Shown: positions 30,836 to 40,743, counted from the stretch's first letter. The stretch: DNA of 64,000 nucleotides from Candidatus Thorarchaeota archaeon (GCA_048882045.1 JBHLRZ010000003.1:96001-160000), one strand, 5' to 3'. The notes: a model not told the origin generated them from the letters alone. Program-made: numbers and translations.

Positions 30836-31375
30836 TCATATGTCTATGTAAGGATTTCTGGAAAAACTCTCCGTGAATACTCCTTCGCGCGAAAGAAGAT
30901 CGATCTTTTTGTCTATTCCACCAGTGTATCCACCGAGACCAGTGGCTGAAACCACACGATGGCAAGGAATGATTGGTCCCAGCCGATTAATTCTCATAAC
31001 ATTTCCGACAAATCTTGCAGCACCAGGGAAACCAGCCTTTCTTGCCACCTCCCCATATGCCATGGTTGAACCATAAGGAATCTGCATTACGACCTTGAGA
31101 ACTGCAATCTGTTTCTCAGTGAACCCAGAGAAATCGAGTTTGACATCCTTGATTGCTGCATCTTGTTTGCCTTCATGGACATCAAAAACTGCGACGAGGG
31201 ACTCCAGTGAAGTTTCGTCATTAACAATCCGGAGACCTTTGCCATTTATCTCGCTGATTGCCTCCTTCTTTGTCTTTCGTGGGAGAGAAGAGGTATAGAG
31301 ACCTAGGGGTGTGAACACACCTGCCAAATAGGAACCATCCTTCTTTAGGATTGACAAGGTCTTCTCACTCAACAT
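30836..31375 (-). CDS. ogt: methylated-DNA--protein-cysteine methyltransferase
   Basis: IPYGSTMAYGEVA, ARFVG, IPCHRVV active site, GGYTGG. Confidence 0.93.
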   Translation of the reverse strand: MLSEKTLSILKKDGSYLAGVFTPLGLYTSSLPRKTKKEAISEINGKGLRIVNDETSLESLVAVFDVHEGKQDAAIKDVKLDFSGFTEKQIAVLKVVMQIPYGSTMAYGEVARKAGFPGAARFVGNVMRINRLGPIIPCHRVVSATGLGGYTGGIDKKIDLLSREGVFTESFSRNPYIDI

Positions 31376-31384
31376 TGAACACCT

Positions 31385-32275
31385 CTAAGTGGCTATTCTA
31401 CTGAGTTTTTTGACGACAAAGGCAAGAATCGAACTTAGTTCGGGATCACTCTTCTTTGAACCCAATGGAGACCAACCACCATCTTCATTCTGAGACTGGA
31501 TGATTAGCTCAATACCTGACTGAATAACCTCATTCTCAAGGTCAGTTTCAGGAGAGCCTGCTGATACTAGGTCAGCCATGTCAAATGTGGACTTCATTTC
31601 GATGGCGTCTTTCAGATGCTGATAAAGCGCTGCGCGACCATCGACATACACCTCATTCTCAGAGTTCACTCCAGCTGCTCTGAGTCCACTAAGGATGTTT
31701 CCGGTTGCGAGTGGATCGGATGTGTCTTGGTCTTTGAAATCAGGCCAGTTACCATCTTCATACTGGCTATAGAGCAGATAATCACGAGCTCGACGTATTC
31801 TCTCTTCATCTTTGTAGTCGACCAGACATAATGCCTCCAATGCTTTGCCTGTCAACCATGTCACACTCTTTGCTACTGGGTAGTGGTCACGACCAAACTC
31901 TCCCCACTTATCTTCGATATATGGGTCTATCTTGAGAGATTCTCCAAATCCACCATCTTGCTTCTGTCGAGAAACTAGAAACTCGACCAACCTCTCAATT
32001 ACTTCTGGCCATTCCTTCTTGTATTGAGATATGAGAGCCAAGATTTCAGCAGTTTCCTTCACACAGCTTGGACTACCTGGAGACATATCAAACGGAATTC
32101 CGCCATCCTTGTTCAGAATAGTCTTCACTTCGTTCATCAAGTCTTCAACAAGTCCAGTCGGCACCTCATATCCTGCGGATACCAGCCGAAGTTTGTCAGC
32201 AACGTTTCCTCTTGATAGCAAGTAGTTTTGATAGTCATAATGAAGCTTCGTTCCCATCTTTTTCAGGTCCTCCAT
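31385..32275 (-). CDS. prenyltransferase/squalene-cyclase repeat (alpha/alpha barrel) protein
   Basis: three QW-type repeats: RQKQDGGF, SQYEDGNW, SQNEDGGW. Confidence 0.75.
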   Translation of the reverse strand: MEDLKKMGTKLHYDYQNYLLSRGNVADKLRLVSAGYEVPTGLVEDLMNEVKTILNKDGGIPFDMSPGSPSCVKETAEILALISQYKKEWPEVIERLVEFLVSRQKQDGGFGESLKIDPYIEDKWGEFGRDHYPVAKSVTWLTGKALEALCLVDYKDEERIRRARDYLLYSQYEDGNWPDFKDQDTSDPLATGNILSGLRAAGVNSENEVYVDGRAALYQHLKDAIEMKSTFDMADLVSAGSPETDLENEVIQSGIELIIQSQNEDGGWSPLGSKKSDPELSSILAFVVKKLSRIAT

Positions 32276-32342
32276 AATGTGTTTTGTAAACCCAAGAGAA
32301 TAGAGTTTACAAAACGAGTAAGTATATCAGACGGCCCAGCGT

Positions 32343-32361
32343 GATAGGTATGATACCTATC
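32343..32361. promoter_or_regulatory. perfect palindrome GATAGGTAT-G-ATACCTATC
   Basis: 9-1-9 inverted repeat in the intergenic region upstream of 31385..32275. Confidence 0.4.
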
Positions 32362-32399
32362 GTAGCCAGCTGATATTAAGATTGTCAAGAGGTCCTCTT

Positions 32400-32666
32400 T
32401 CAATCCTCACTTTCGAAGTATTCCAAGATCTCTTTACGTCGTTCACGACGTTCGTCCTCTGACATTTCTTCAGCACGTCTGGTTTCTTCTTCGACAACAA
32501 CAATCTTCTCACGTGGAGTGTGTTTTATTCTATGCTCAACCTTATACTCAGGAGCAGTACGGACTTTCTTCTCGTGCCCGCACTCTCTACACACGAGCAT
32601 TACTGTCTTTTTGCCCTCTTGCTTCTTGGGAAGCATTAGCGCACCGCATTTTTCACAGAATTCCAT
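32400..32666 (-). CDS. TFS/RpoM (RPB9-like) N-terminal zinc-ribbon protein lacking the C-terminal ribbon
   Basis: MEFCEKCGALMLP...LVCRECG, then a charged tail; start at ATG 32666. Confidence 0.75.
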   Translation of the reverse strand: MEFCEKCGALMLPKKQEGKKTVMLVCRECGHEKKVRTAPEYKVEHRIKHTPREKIVVVEEETRRAEEMSEDERRERRKEILEYFESED

Positions 32667-32826
32667 TAGGTTTCTCCCCATCGTATTAGGTTCGCGATTT
32701 CCTATCCGGTTTTTATTTAAGTGTGACGTTTGGGAAAAAAACGCGTTTACAAAGAAAGACTTATGACAAAGATGCTGGGTGCCCGCGTCATCAGAGTACT
32801 CAAACCCGTGATAGGAACGTGAGAAC

Positions 32827-34158
32827 ATGGTACGTGTCAAGCCTTTCAAAGCCTATAGATACGACGAGGAGAAGGCAGGAAGCATTTCTCGATTGGTCGC
32901 ACCTCCCTATGATATTATCAAAGGTGAAAAGATAGACCAATTGCAGTCTCTCTCGGAATACAACATTGCATGGGTCATCAAGAACAAACGAGAAGAGGGA
33001 GATTCTGAGTTCAACAATCAGTATACCCGGGCAGCAGATCATTTCAACAAGTGGGTGAGAGATGGAATCCTAAAGCAAGATGAGAATGAATCGTTCTATG
33101 TCTATGGACAGGACTTTGAGGTCGATGGCAAGCAACTCTTTCGATTCGGATTTATTGGTCTGATTGAACTGGAGGACTTTGTTTCTAGCGTACCAGATTC
33201 TAGGGAGTTTTCAGGTGTCCTCCAACATGAGGAAACCCTGCCAAAAGACATCGTTGATAGATTGAGCTTATGTCGAAGCTCTATGGCAAACTTCGGTCAA
33301 ATCTTCGTGATATATCCTGACAAAGAAGGAAGTGTCGATGCAGTTCTTGAGAAGAACATGAAGAAAGCTCCAGTTGCAGACATGATTGACGACACAGGAG
33401 TAAGGCATCGAATTTGGGCAGTTGATGAGAATTCTGATGTCCAAACAATCATAACAAACATGGCTGACAAGTATATCATAATCGCTGATGGTCACCATAG
33501 ATACAAGACAGCTCTTGCACTTTCCAATGAGAATCCTACTCTAGAATCTGCAAAATACCGAATGCTTACCTTTGTGAATATCTCGAATCCTGGACTTGTT
33601 GTGCTTCCAACTCATAGAGTCGTACAGAACTTGGGGAAGATCTCACGAGAGAAGCTACTTGAAGATATCACGGAGTACTTCGATCTTGAAGCCTTCGACA
33701 ACAAAGATGATATGTTCAGCCTAATGGACAATATGTTCAAACAGAAAAAACACTCATTCGGTCTGTTCATGAATGATGGCAAGTTCTATGCTTTCACACT
33801 CAAGGACACAGAGATAATGAATTCCCTTCTGGCAGACAAGTCTCCAGAGTTGAGAAGTCTTGATGTAGCAATTCTCCACACTCTAGTCCTTGACAAGATG
33901 CTTGGCATCGACAAGGAAAAGCTGCTCCAAGGTACAATGGGTGGTGGAGGCTTTGTATCCTATATCAAAGGGATCGGAGATGCAGTGGATGAATCAATTA
34001 AGGCTGTAGAGGGAGAATCCCAAGCCGTATTCTTTATGAATCCTACAAGAGTGGAAGAGGTTGAGGCTGTATCAAACAAATTCGAAACCATGCCTCAGAA
34101 GAGTACATTCTTCCATCCGAAAATCTGGACAGGATTCACAATCAACAAACTAAGGTGA
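32827..34158 (+). CDS. DUF1015 family protein
   Basis: APPYDII, QHEETL, IADGHHRY, PTHRVV, MPQKSTFFHPK. Confidence 0.9.
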   Translation: MVRVKPFKAYRYDEEKAGSISRLVAPPYDIIKGEKIDQLQSLSEYNIAWVIKNKREEGDSEFNNQYTRAADHFNKWVRDGILKQDENESFYVYGQDFEVDGKQLFRFGFIGLIELEDFVSSVPDSREFSGVLQHEETLPKDIVDRLSLCRSSMANFGQIFVIYPDKEGSVDAVLEKNMKKAPVADMIDDTGVRHRIWAVDENSDVQTIITNMADKYIIIADGHHRYKTALALSNENPTLESAKYRMLTFVNISNPGLVVLPTHRVVQNLGKISREKLLEDITEYFDLEAFDNKDDMFSLMDNMFKQKKHSFGLFMNDGKFYAFTLKDTEIMNSLLADKSPELRSLDVAILHTLVLDKMLGIDKEKLLQGTMGGGGFVSYIKGIGDAVDESIKAVEGESQAVFFMNPTRVEEVEAVSNKFETMPQKSTFFHPKIWTGFTINKLR

Positions 34159-34163
34159 TTGAA

Positions 34164-35249
34164 ATGACTAAGCGAGTATACAATTTCTATGCTGGACCTG
34201 CTACATTGCCTTTGCCAGCACTGGAAAAAGCGCGAGACGAGTTTCTTGATTTTGCAGGCACAGGAATGTCAGTGCTGGAGATCTCACATCGCTCTAAAGA
34301 ATGGCAAAAAGCAATGGACGATGCTGAAGCCCTATTAAGAGAAATGATGGTTGTTCCTGAGGATTACAAAGTCCTATGGTTAAGTGGAGGAGCTTCTTCA
34401 CAATTTTATATGGTACCTGTCAACCTCCATATTCCCGGAAAGCCAATGGAATATGTGAATACAGGTGGTTGGTCAACAAAGGCAATCAAAGAGGTCAAGC
34501 TATTCGGAGAAACCAAGGTCATCGCTTCCTCCGAGGATGAGAATTTCTCATACATCCCACAAAATGTTGAGTTCAACGAGGGCTCAGCTTATGCTCACAT
34601 CACAGGGAACAACACACTTTATGGAACAGAATGGCACTACTGGCCTAAGGTCCCTAGTGATGTACCTTTAGTCTGCGACATGTCTTCGAATCTGATGGAT
34701 CGAGTAATGGATGTCAAAGACTTTGGGGTGATTTACGCAGGGGCGCAAAAGAACTTGGGACCAGCTGGAGTGACGTTGGTTGTAGTTAGAGAAGATTTGA
34801 TGGACCGAGTACAAGAGAACGTTCCAACAATGCAGAAGTGGAAGACACACTCAGAGAAGGGCTCCATGTTCAATACTCCACCAGTATTTGCGATCTATAT
34901 TTGCAAGCTGGCACTCGAGCACTTGAAATCAATTGGGGGAGTAAGAGCAATTGAGAAGACGAATCGAGAGAAGGCAAAAATCCTCTATTATGCTATTGAT
35001 TCATCCAGTGGTTTCTTCAAGGGACATGCTCGAAAAGATTCGAGATCACTCATGAATGTGACATTCACCCTGGCTACTCCTGAGCTAGAACAGAAGTGCG
35101 TTGATGGAGGTACTGAGAGAGGACTGGTTGGTCTCAAGGGACACCGTTCCGTTGGAGGAATGAGAGCGTCACTCTATAATGCAATGCCTCTTGAAGGTGT
35201 AAAGAAACTTGCAGAATATCTGAAGGAGTTTCAGGAAGAAAATCAATAG
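34164..35249 (+). CDS. serC: phosphoserine aminotransferase
   Basis: NFYAGPATLP, EISHRS, DMSS, AGAQKNLGPAG (PLP Lys), NTPP, GHRSVGGMRASLYNA. Confidence 0.96.
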   Translation: MTKRVYNFYAGPATLPLPALEKARDEFLDFAGTGMSVLEISHRSKEWQKAMDDAEALLREMMVVPEDYKVLWLSGGASSQFYMVPVNLHIPGKPMEYVNTGGWSTKAIKEVKLFGETKVIASSEDENFSYIPQNVEFNEGSAYAHITGNNTLYGTEWHYWPKVPSDVPLVCDMSSNLMDRVMDVKDFGVIYAGAQKNLGPAGVTLVVVREDLMDRVQENVPTMQKWKTHSEKGSMFNTPPVFAIYICKLALEHLKSIGGVRAIEKTNREKAKILYYAIDSSSGFFKGHARKDSRSLMNVTFTLATPELEQKCVDGGTERGLVGLKGHRSVGGMRASLYNAMPLEGVKKLAEYLKEFQEENQ

Positions 35250-35255
35250 TATGGA

Positions 35256-35280
35256 GTGAGTGGGGATACACCCCTCTCAC
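35256..35280. terminator. hairpin between convergent genes
   Basis: GTGAGTGGGG-ATACA-CCCCTCTCAC. Confidence 0.5.
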
Positions 35281-35281
35281 A

Positions 35282-35620
35282 TCATTTCTTCTTCTGTTTC
35301 TTTGTGAACTTAGTAACAGCTTCGTCGAGTACCTTGTTCATCTCAGGGAGTACTGTTTCGTCGATGAGTCCTTTGTAGGTCCGTCGCATCTGTACTCCAC
35401 TCACATTCACGTCAACGTTTCTCATACCTCGACCCTTGAAGAATATCCTTAGTGCACTGGCGATGGGCATAAGGACGCCACCAGGTAATCTACTCGATAA
35501 GTACTCTTGACAACAATTGCAGTCGATAACAACTATGGTGTTCTCAGTGTCAACTAGAACTTCAATAGGCATGTGTTTCTTTACACCCAGTTTGAGAGTG
35601 AACTCACCAAGTTGCTTCAT
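35282..35620 (-). CDS. hypothetical protein (CxCC motif)
   Basis: 112-aa ORF containing DCNCC. Confidence 0.7.
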   Translation of the reverse strand: MKQLGEFTLKLGVKKHMPIEVLVDTENTIVVIDCNCCQEYLSSRLPGGVLMPIASALRIFFKGRGMRNVDVNVSGVQMRRTYKGLIDETVLPEMNKVLDEAVTKFTKKQKKK

Positions 35621-35712
35621 GGTTTCGACCTTTTGACGTATTTCGCAACAACCTCAGCTCATATAAGACCTGCTCACCTTGCAAATCTGCTCAACGTACG
35701 TAAGAACAGAAT

Positions 35713-38316
35713 TCATTTCGACCTCCTACGCGCACACACAAAATAGAGTACAATTAGTGCAAATACGAAACTGAGTAACAAGGCAATCCTAAGGTAATCA
35801 GGGCTCTCCGGTGTAGTTGGTGTGGGCGATGTGGTGTTTGTTGTTCCAGTAGGCGTAGTTGTTGTAGTGCCTGTCGTGGTGGTTGTCGTTGATGATGATA
35901 CAGTGTAACTGTATGTTCCAGTCACTGCCCAATTACCTGCGGTGTCATTTGCATAGATTCTGTACGTCACAAGTGTTCCATCAGAAAATGCTGGAATGGT
36001 TCCGTCATAGTAGTCAGCCACATTGATCGACATCGTCACATTGATCCAAATCGTTCCAGCATAGTAGGATAGAATCACCGTGTCTACAGCAACATTGTCT
36101 GTGACTGTGACATTGATTACAACTGATTGTGTGGCATTCGGAGTCATCGGAGTTCTACTATGAGCACCGATCGTAGGGGGGAGCATATCTGCTGCGAGGT
36201 ATGCAACAGCAGCCGCAGCATCCAATTTCCCATGTCCCCATTCAGGGTTTGGAGTAATGCCAGTAAAAGAGTCACTCAAAGCAGTGGTTTCTATTATTGT
36301 CTTAAACTCCGATCCTCTAGTTGAGTTCATCTGAAGCATTAGAGCAGCTGTGCCAGCCACATGAGGTCCTGATGCACTTGTTCCACTGAATAACCGGTAT
36401 GTACCAAACTGCGGCTGAAACGGGAAGACTCCACCACCATTATACCAAGATGCCCAAGATGATCCGTTCGCCCAATCTGAGATGACATCATAGCCACCTG
36501 GCGCAGCCACACTCTGTTTTGCGAAGCCATCAATTCTGGGTCCATTTGATGAGAAGCTCGCTCTATCTCCCGCAGTACCATAGATACTGCGGGTATGATA
36601 ACTGGCGACACTGATTGTGCTATCGGCAGTAGAAGGCCACGTGATATGATACTGATCATTTACGTCACTCGTATAGATAGCACCACCAGTCCATGCAGTC
36701 TGATCATCTGAGATATACCCGTGGAATGTTGCAGAAGCTGGAGCTGTTACATTGAGCGCGTGCCATGGAGGTGCAGCTGTTGTTGGGAGTGTGCCATGTA
36801 TCCAGATTCCCAGCATGCTAGTTCCTCGTGAAGACACATCGATAAAGGATTCAATGATGAAGTTTGACGGAGGCACCGGTGGTTCAGCAAACCAAGCATA
36901 GTAGCCCATTCCTGGATGAAGATAGATAGTGATTGGACTTTGACCGAATGATGTTCGATCCATTATCAGACTGAAATTGACACTGGCAAAGTCAATTGGA
37001 TTCACACTTAGGACTGTGATATATACCTCAGTGATCTCATTGGGGAGATTCGGAATTGAAAAGTCTACAGTGTAAGGAGCATCTGGCAACGGACTGAACA
37101 TTGAGTGTTTATCCTTTCCACCCAGATTCCCACTTGGTGAGATCACAGGTACTCCTGATGCAACAAGTGTATCTATCATCTGTTCGGCCAGTGAACTACC
37201 ATCAAGAAAATGATAAGTCCATGAACCGATTTCAGTCAGTATAACATCGGCTCCGTGATTGGATGCCCATGTGAGACCCTCTTCAATGGAAAGATAGGAG
37301 TTTGCTTCCCCAATAACGCGCAGCATCATCAGATCAGCACTAGGGGCAACACCCACAAGGTCTCTGAAACCTAGCTGTCCGCCCATCATTAAACCAGCAA
37401 CGGCTGTGCCGTGTCCATCAGTATCCATATGAGTACTGGAGGTTAGGTTGACTCCGCGTTCCCAATTCACAAGGACGGAATTATTCTTTTCCACAATGAA
37501 CTTCGTCTTTGGAGTTTCTAATTCGATGAGACTTTCATATCCATCCAGTAAACCATTGCCAGATGTATCGTTCACCACGAAAAACTGCTCTCCAACATCT
37601 GGAATCTGGTTTATGATCTTACTGTCTACCCAGAGCCAGTCAAACCGAACATCAAACACTCCATTCCGATTGATGTCAAGTGCATAGAGTGTTTCATTAG
37701 CCGACAATGCAAAATCACGATTGTAGTCTACCGCATCAGTACCATTGACGAACCCAGTGCTCGTTGAATTGACATAGGGAAATGATTGACCATCTGCAAA
37801 CCATAGATCGGGATGTCTCCAGTCGACACCGGTGTCGAGGTCAGCTATCAGTACACCTTCACCTGTAACGTTGATACCAAGGTCATCAAGCATCAACCAG
37901 ACATCATCCGCGTTTATTTCAGGAATTGAAAGATCTCTGGGAGATTGGATGAACTGAGCATGCGTTTGCGGTGCAATGTCAGTGATTAGTCCTGAATCAG
38001 TTAGATCTTGCAATCCATTGGCTGGACCTTGAAGAAGATAGTATGGTCCAATATGACTATTGTCTGCACTCCCAAAGCTGAATCGTAGATCCAGACTGAG
38101 AATGGTATCCTGAATAGCTGGAGTTACACCTTGGTCAAGACGTACAACAACTGGAATCTGCTCCCCATAGATTTGAGAAAGTGCAGCGAAATCAGGCGGC
38201 ATTGCTTGATTTTGTCTTAACTGCTCATTTGCAGATGGCATCATATAGAGAAGAGCAGGAATACTCGAGAGAACTAAACTGAGCGCTATTAGCGTGCTTA
38301 TAGCTTTCCTTTGCAA
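35713..38316 (-). CDS. membrane-anchored S8 serine protease (paralogue of 21361..24510)
   Basis: LDTG / DGHGTAVA / PSGN / SGTSASGPHV; DxNxxG repeats in the insert; Thr-rich linker plus TM and RRRSK. Confidence 0.92.
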   Translation of the reverse strand: MQRKAISTLIALSLVLSSIPALLYMMPSANEQLRQNQAMPPDFAALSQIYGEQIPVVVRLDQGVTPAIQDTILSLDLRFSFGSADNSHIGPYYLLQGPANGLQDLTDSGLITDIAPQTHAQFIQSPRDLSIPEINADDVWLMLDDLGINVTGEGVLIADLDTGVDWRHPDLWFADGQSFPYVNSTSTGFVNGTDAVDYNRDFALSANETLYALDINRNGVFDVRFDWLWVDSKIINQIPDVGEQFFVVNDTSGNGLLDGYESLIELETPKTKFIVEKNNSVLVNWERGVNLTSSTHMDTDGHGTAVAGLMMGGQLGFRDLVGVAPSADLMMLRVIGEANSYLSIEEGLTWASNHGADVILTEIGSWTYHFLDGSSLAEQMIDTLVASGVPVISPSGNLGGKDKHSMFSPLPDAPYTVDFSIPNLPNEITEVYITVLSVNPIDFASVNFSLIMDRTSFGQSPITIYLHPGMGYYAWFAEPPVPPSNFIIESFIDVSSRGTSMLGIWIHGTLPTTAAPPWHALNVTAPASATFHGYISDDQTAWTGGAIYTSDVNDQYHITWPSTADSTISVASYHTRSIYGTAGDRASFSSNGPRIDGFAKQSVAAPGGYDVISDWANGSSWASWYNGGGVFPFQPQFGTYRLFSGTSASGPHVAGTAALMLQMNSTRGSEFKTIIETTALSDSFTGITPNPEWGHGKLDAAAAVAYLAADMLPPTIGAHSRTPMTPNATQSVVINVTVTDNVAVDTVILSYYAGTIWINVTMSINVADYYDGTIPAFSDGTLVTYRIYANDTAGNWAVTGTYSYTVSSSTTTTTTGTTTTTPTGTTNTTSPTPTTPESPDYLRIALLLSFVFALIVLYFVCARRRSK

Positions 38317-38426
38317 TGTGAATCCTCCTTGGTGATTGGATTCAACCCTACGAAACCAATCTCCCTGTTAGACCATATTATACGAGTTTTCACCTATTAA
38401 TTTTCGTAGAGGTGAGGAATAGAGTT

Positions 38427-39854
38427 TTACACGATGTTTTCCTCATCATCTGAATCAGCAAGAGTACTGACAGAATCTTTCTTGAAACGAGCTTTTCCAG
38501 TTTCGAGGACATTGGTCGGACTGAAGAATCCGGGTTCTTCGTCATCTCTACTTACCTTCTGGCCTTCGTATAATGATGTACCAGCGCTGACAAGATATGA
38601 TACTGTGACACAGATCACAAGAGGAATGATGAGAGTGAATGAAAGACTCATCTCAAGCATCATGATAGTGGTCGCAACTGGTGTGTTCGTGGTTGCTGCA
38701 AGCACTGCACCCATTCCTAAAACAATGAAAGCTGGAACATTCTGAGGAAAGAAGATTTCACCAAAGAACGAGCCAAGCATAGCGCCTACAAAGAGTGAGG
38801 AGGCTAGGACACCTCCAGAAACCCGGCCTGCAACAACAAAAGATGATGCGAACAGTTTTCCGAATAGAAGAATGATTATGATTAGTAGAGGTTGTGGGTT
38901 CGATGCAAGTGCGTTAATGACCTCATAACCCATTCCAGCTATTGTAAGTGAGGGATCTAAAACCAATCCCACTAGGAATATCACAACACATGCCAAGGAG
39001 GATCCTATAATAGGGTCTACCCAATCAGGAAACTTGAGAGTAAAGAAGTTACGAGTAGCCATCAGACTAACTGCAAACAGGATAGAAATCAGACCAGTGA
39101 CGATACCGAAGAAAATGAGGAGTGGAATTTCCATGAGCGTGATTTGGAGCTCCGCAGGAAAGAGGAAGAGGGGAGTAATACCATTGCCGGTGAGTAATAG
39201 AAAGGAACTGCTGAATACAATGAATGAAGTCAAGGCTGCAATTGCAGTAGGCACAAAGTATCCTAATCTTGCATCTCTTCTGTAGGGAGCCTCAGTAGCA
39301 AACAGAGCACCTCCTAATGGTGCCATATAGATTCCTGCAGTGGCAGCTGCAGACCCCATCATTAAAAATACTCGCAGGTCGGAATCGTTATCAAATCCAA
39401 GCCATCGTGCTATAGTGTTCCCAACACCTGCACCAATCAGTACTGCTGGACCTTCTCTGCCAACAGGGTTACCTGTACCAATCGATACAGAAGTTGCAAC
39501 AAGTTTAGTGAACTTGGTCCCAGTTCGAAGCTTGCTGGGCTGGTGAGTCAATTCAATGGCTGTTGAGATTCCGCTTCCCTGAATCTCAGTCCTACCAAGT
39601 TTGATGAGAATTCCAGAGAAGAGACCACCGATGATGGGGGCGATAAAGAGTGGGAATCCAGAGAAAGCGAAGGTGGTCACATCAATCATCACTTGGAGTG
39701 CGACCATGAAAAGACCACTTATCGCTCCTATCAAAATGGATGCAGGGATGTATAATCGATAGAAACGGGAAAAGTGAGTGATGTGAAATAGGTCCTTGAG
39801 GGGCTGGACGTTGGCAGCCTTTTTCCTGCTTTCATCATTGGACAATGTTCTCAC
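38427..39854 (-). CDS. ClC-family chloride channel/transporter
   Basis: GSGIS, GREGP, APLGGALF, SLY motifs; many TM helices; no CBS domains. Confidence 0.92.
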   Translation of the reverse strand: MRTLSNDESRKKAANVQPLKDLFHITHFSRFYRLYIPASILIGAISGLFMVALQVMIDVTTFAFSGFPLFIAPIIGGLFSGILIKLGRTEIQGSGISTAIELTHQPSKLRTGTKFTKLVATSVSIGTGNPVGREGPAVLIGAGVGNTIARWLGFDNDSDLRVFLMMGSAAATAGIYMAPLGGALFATEAPYRRDARLGYFVPTAIAALTSFIVFSSSFLLLTGNGITPLFLFPAELQITLMEIPLLIFFGIVTGLISILFAVSLMATRNFFTLKFPDWVDPIIGSSLACVVIFLVGLVLDPSLTIAGMGYEVINALASNPQPLLIIIILLFGKLFASSFVVAGRVSGGVLASSLFVGAMLGSFFGEIFFPQNVPAFIVLGMGAVLAATTNTPVATTIMMLEMSLSFTLIIPLVICVTVSYLVSAGTSLYEGQKVSRDDEEPGFFSPTNVLETGKARFKKDSVSTLADSDDEENIV

Positions 39855-39934
39855 TCATTCAAATCATATTGTCTATACGCAGAGTCCATCAAACTTATCT
39901 CTTTGTGCTATGTGTCTCTCTCGGCGACACTTTC

Positions 39935-40405
39935 TTGACTGGTAAAAAGGACTCTAAAAACAGCAAAGAGCCAGAGATGACAATAGAGGAAGTGCAAGAC
40001 AGGCTTGATGAAATATCAGAAAGATTAGCCAGACTAGAATCACTAATTGAACGTGTGGGACCCGGAATAGAAGAAGTCCGGTCATCAGCCAAGGTGATTA
40101 GGGAGGGGTTTGAGTTCTATGATGGACTGGTCCGCCTCATGGGGAAATTCACAAAAGCAGAACGACTTGAATCACGGTTTGGAGATTTGAAGAAAGACGA
40201 CATAAGTTGGCGGATAATCCAGATTTTAGACAACTCTCGTCCCCTCAATATCAGTCAGATTACTGCAGCTGTCAGAGCAGAGCGTGGTACTGCATCCAGA
40301 AGGATTGTGAGAGAACGTGTAAACAATCTTGTGGAGAGAGGGATCCTCCAAATAATTGAGGATGAGGATGACCGGGCGAGGTATTTTGCATTGATAAAGG
40401 AGTAG
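39935..40405 (+). CDS. coiled-coil plus winged-helix protein
   Basis: N-terminal heptads; LNISQITAAVRAERGTASRRIVRERVNNLVERGI wHTH; start uncertain (39935 or 39977). Confidence 0.72.
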   Translation: MTGKKDSKNSKEPEMTIEEVQDRLDEISERLARLESLIERVGPGIEEVRSSAKVIREGFEFYDGLVRLMGKFTKAERLESRFGDLKKDDISWRIIQILDNSRPLNISQITAAVRAERGTASRRIVRERVNNLVERGILQIIEDEDDRARYFALIKE

Positions 40406-40414
40406 TGTATAGAA

Positions 40415-40735
40415 GTGCTCTACGAAAGGGTTACAGATTCTCCATCATTTGTACCAGAGGATTACGCATCTGCATATGGACAACATATAATCGAAAACAC
40501 CAAGAATGACTGGACCTGGAGAGAGTACTACGGAACAGGTGTTTTGATTGAGAATCATCCTCTAAAGGACCATATCAACTTCAGGGGATGTGGGGAATGC
40601 AAGAGTGACAATGTCAAGGTCATCTATGGCATGTGGTGTGTCAGTACAGCCAGTGGGGATGCTTACTGGGACTCTGAGATAGTCTGTGAAGATTGTGGAA
40701 AATTTACTGCTCGATCTTTCAATGAAAACGATTGA
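40415..40735 (+). CDS. hypothetical zinc-ribbon protein
   Basis: CGEC...CEDC pairs. Confidence 0.65.
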   Translation: MLYERVTDSPSFVPEDYASAYGQHIIENTKNDWTWREYYGTGVLIENHPLKDHINFRGCGECKSDNVKVIYGMWCVSTASGDAYWDSEIVCEDCGKFTARSFNEND

Positions 40736-40743
40736 GGTTGTAC

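Noticed and set aside
31385-32275. Squalene-hopene cyclase
   Set aside because: Only 296 aa and no DxDD motif.
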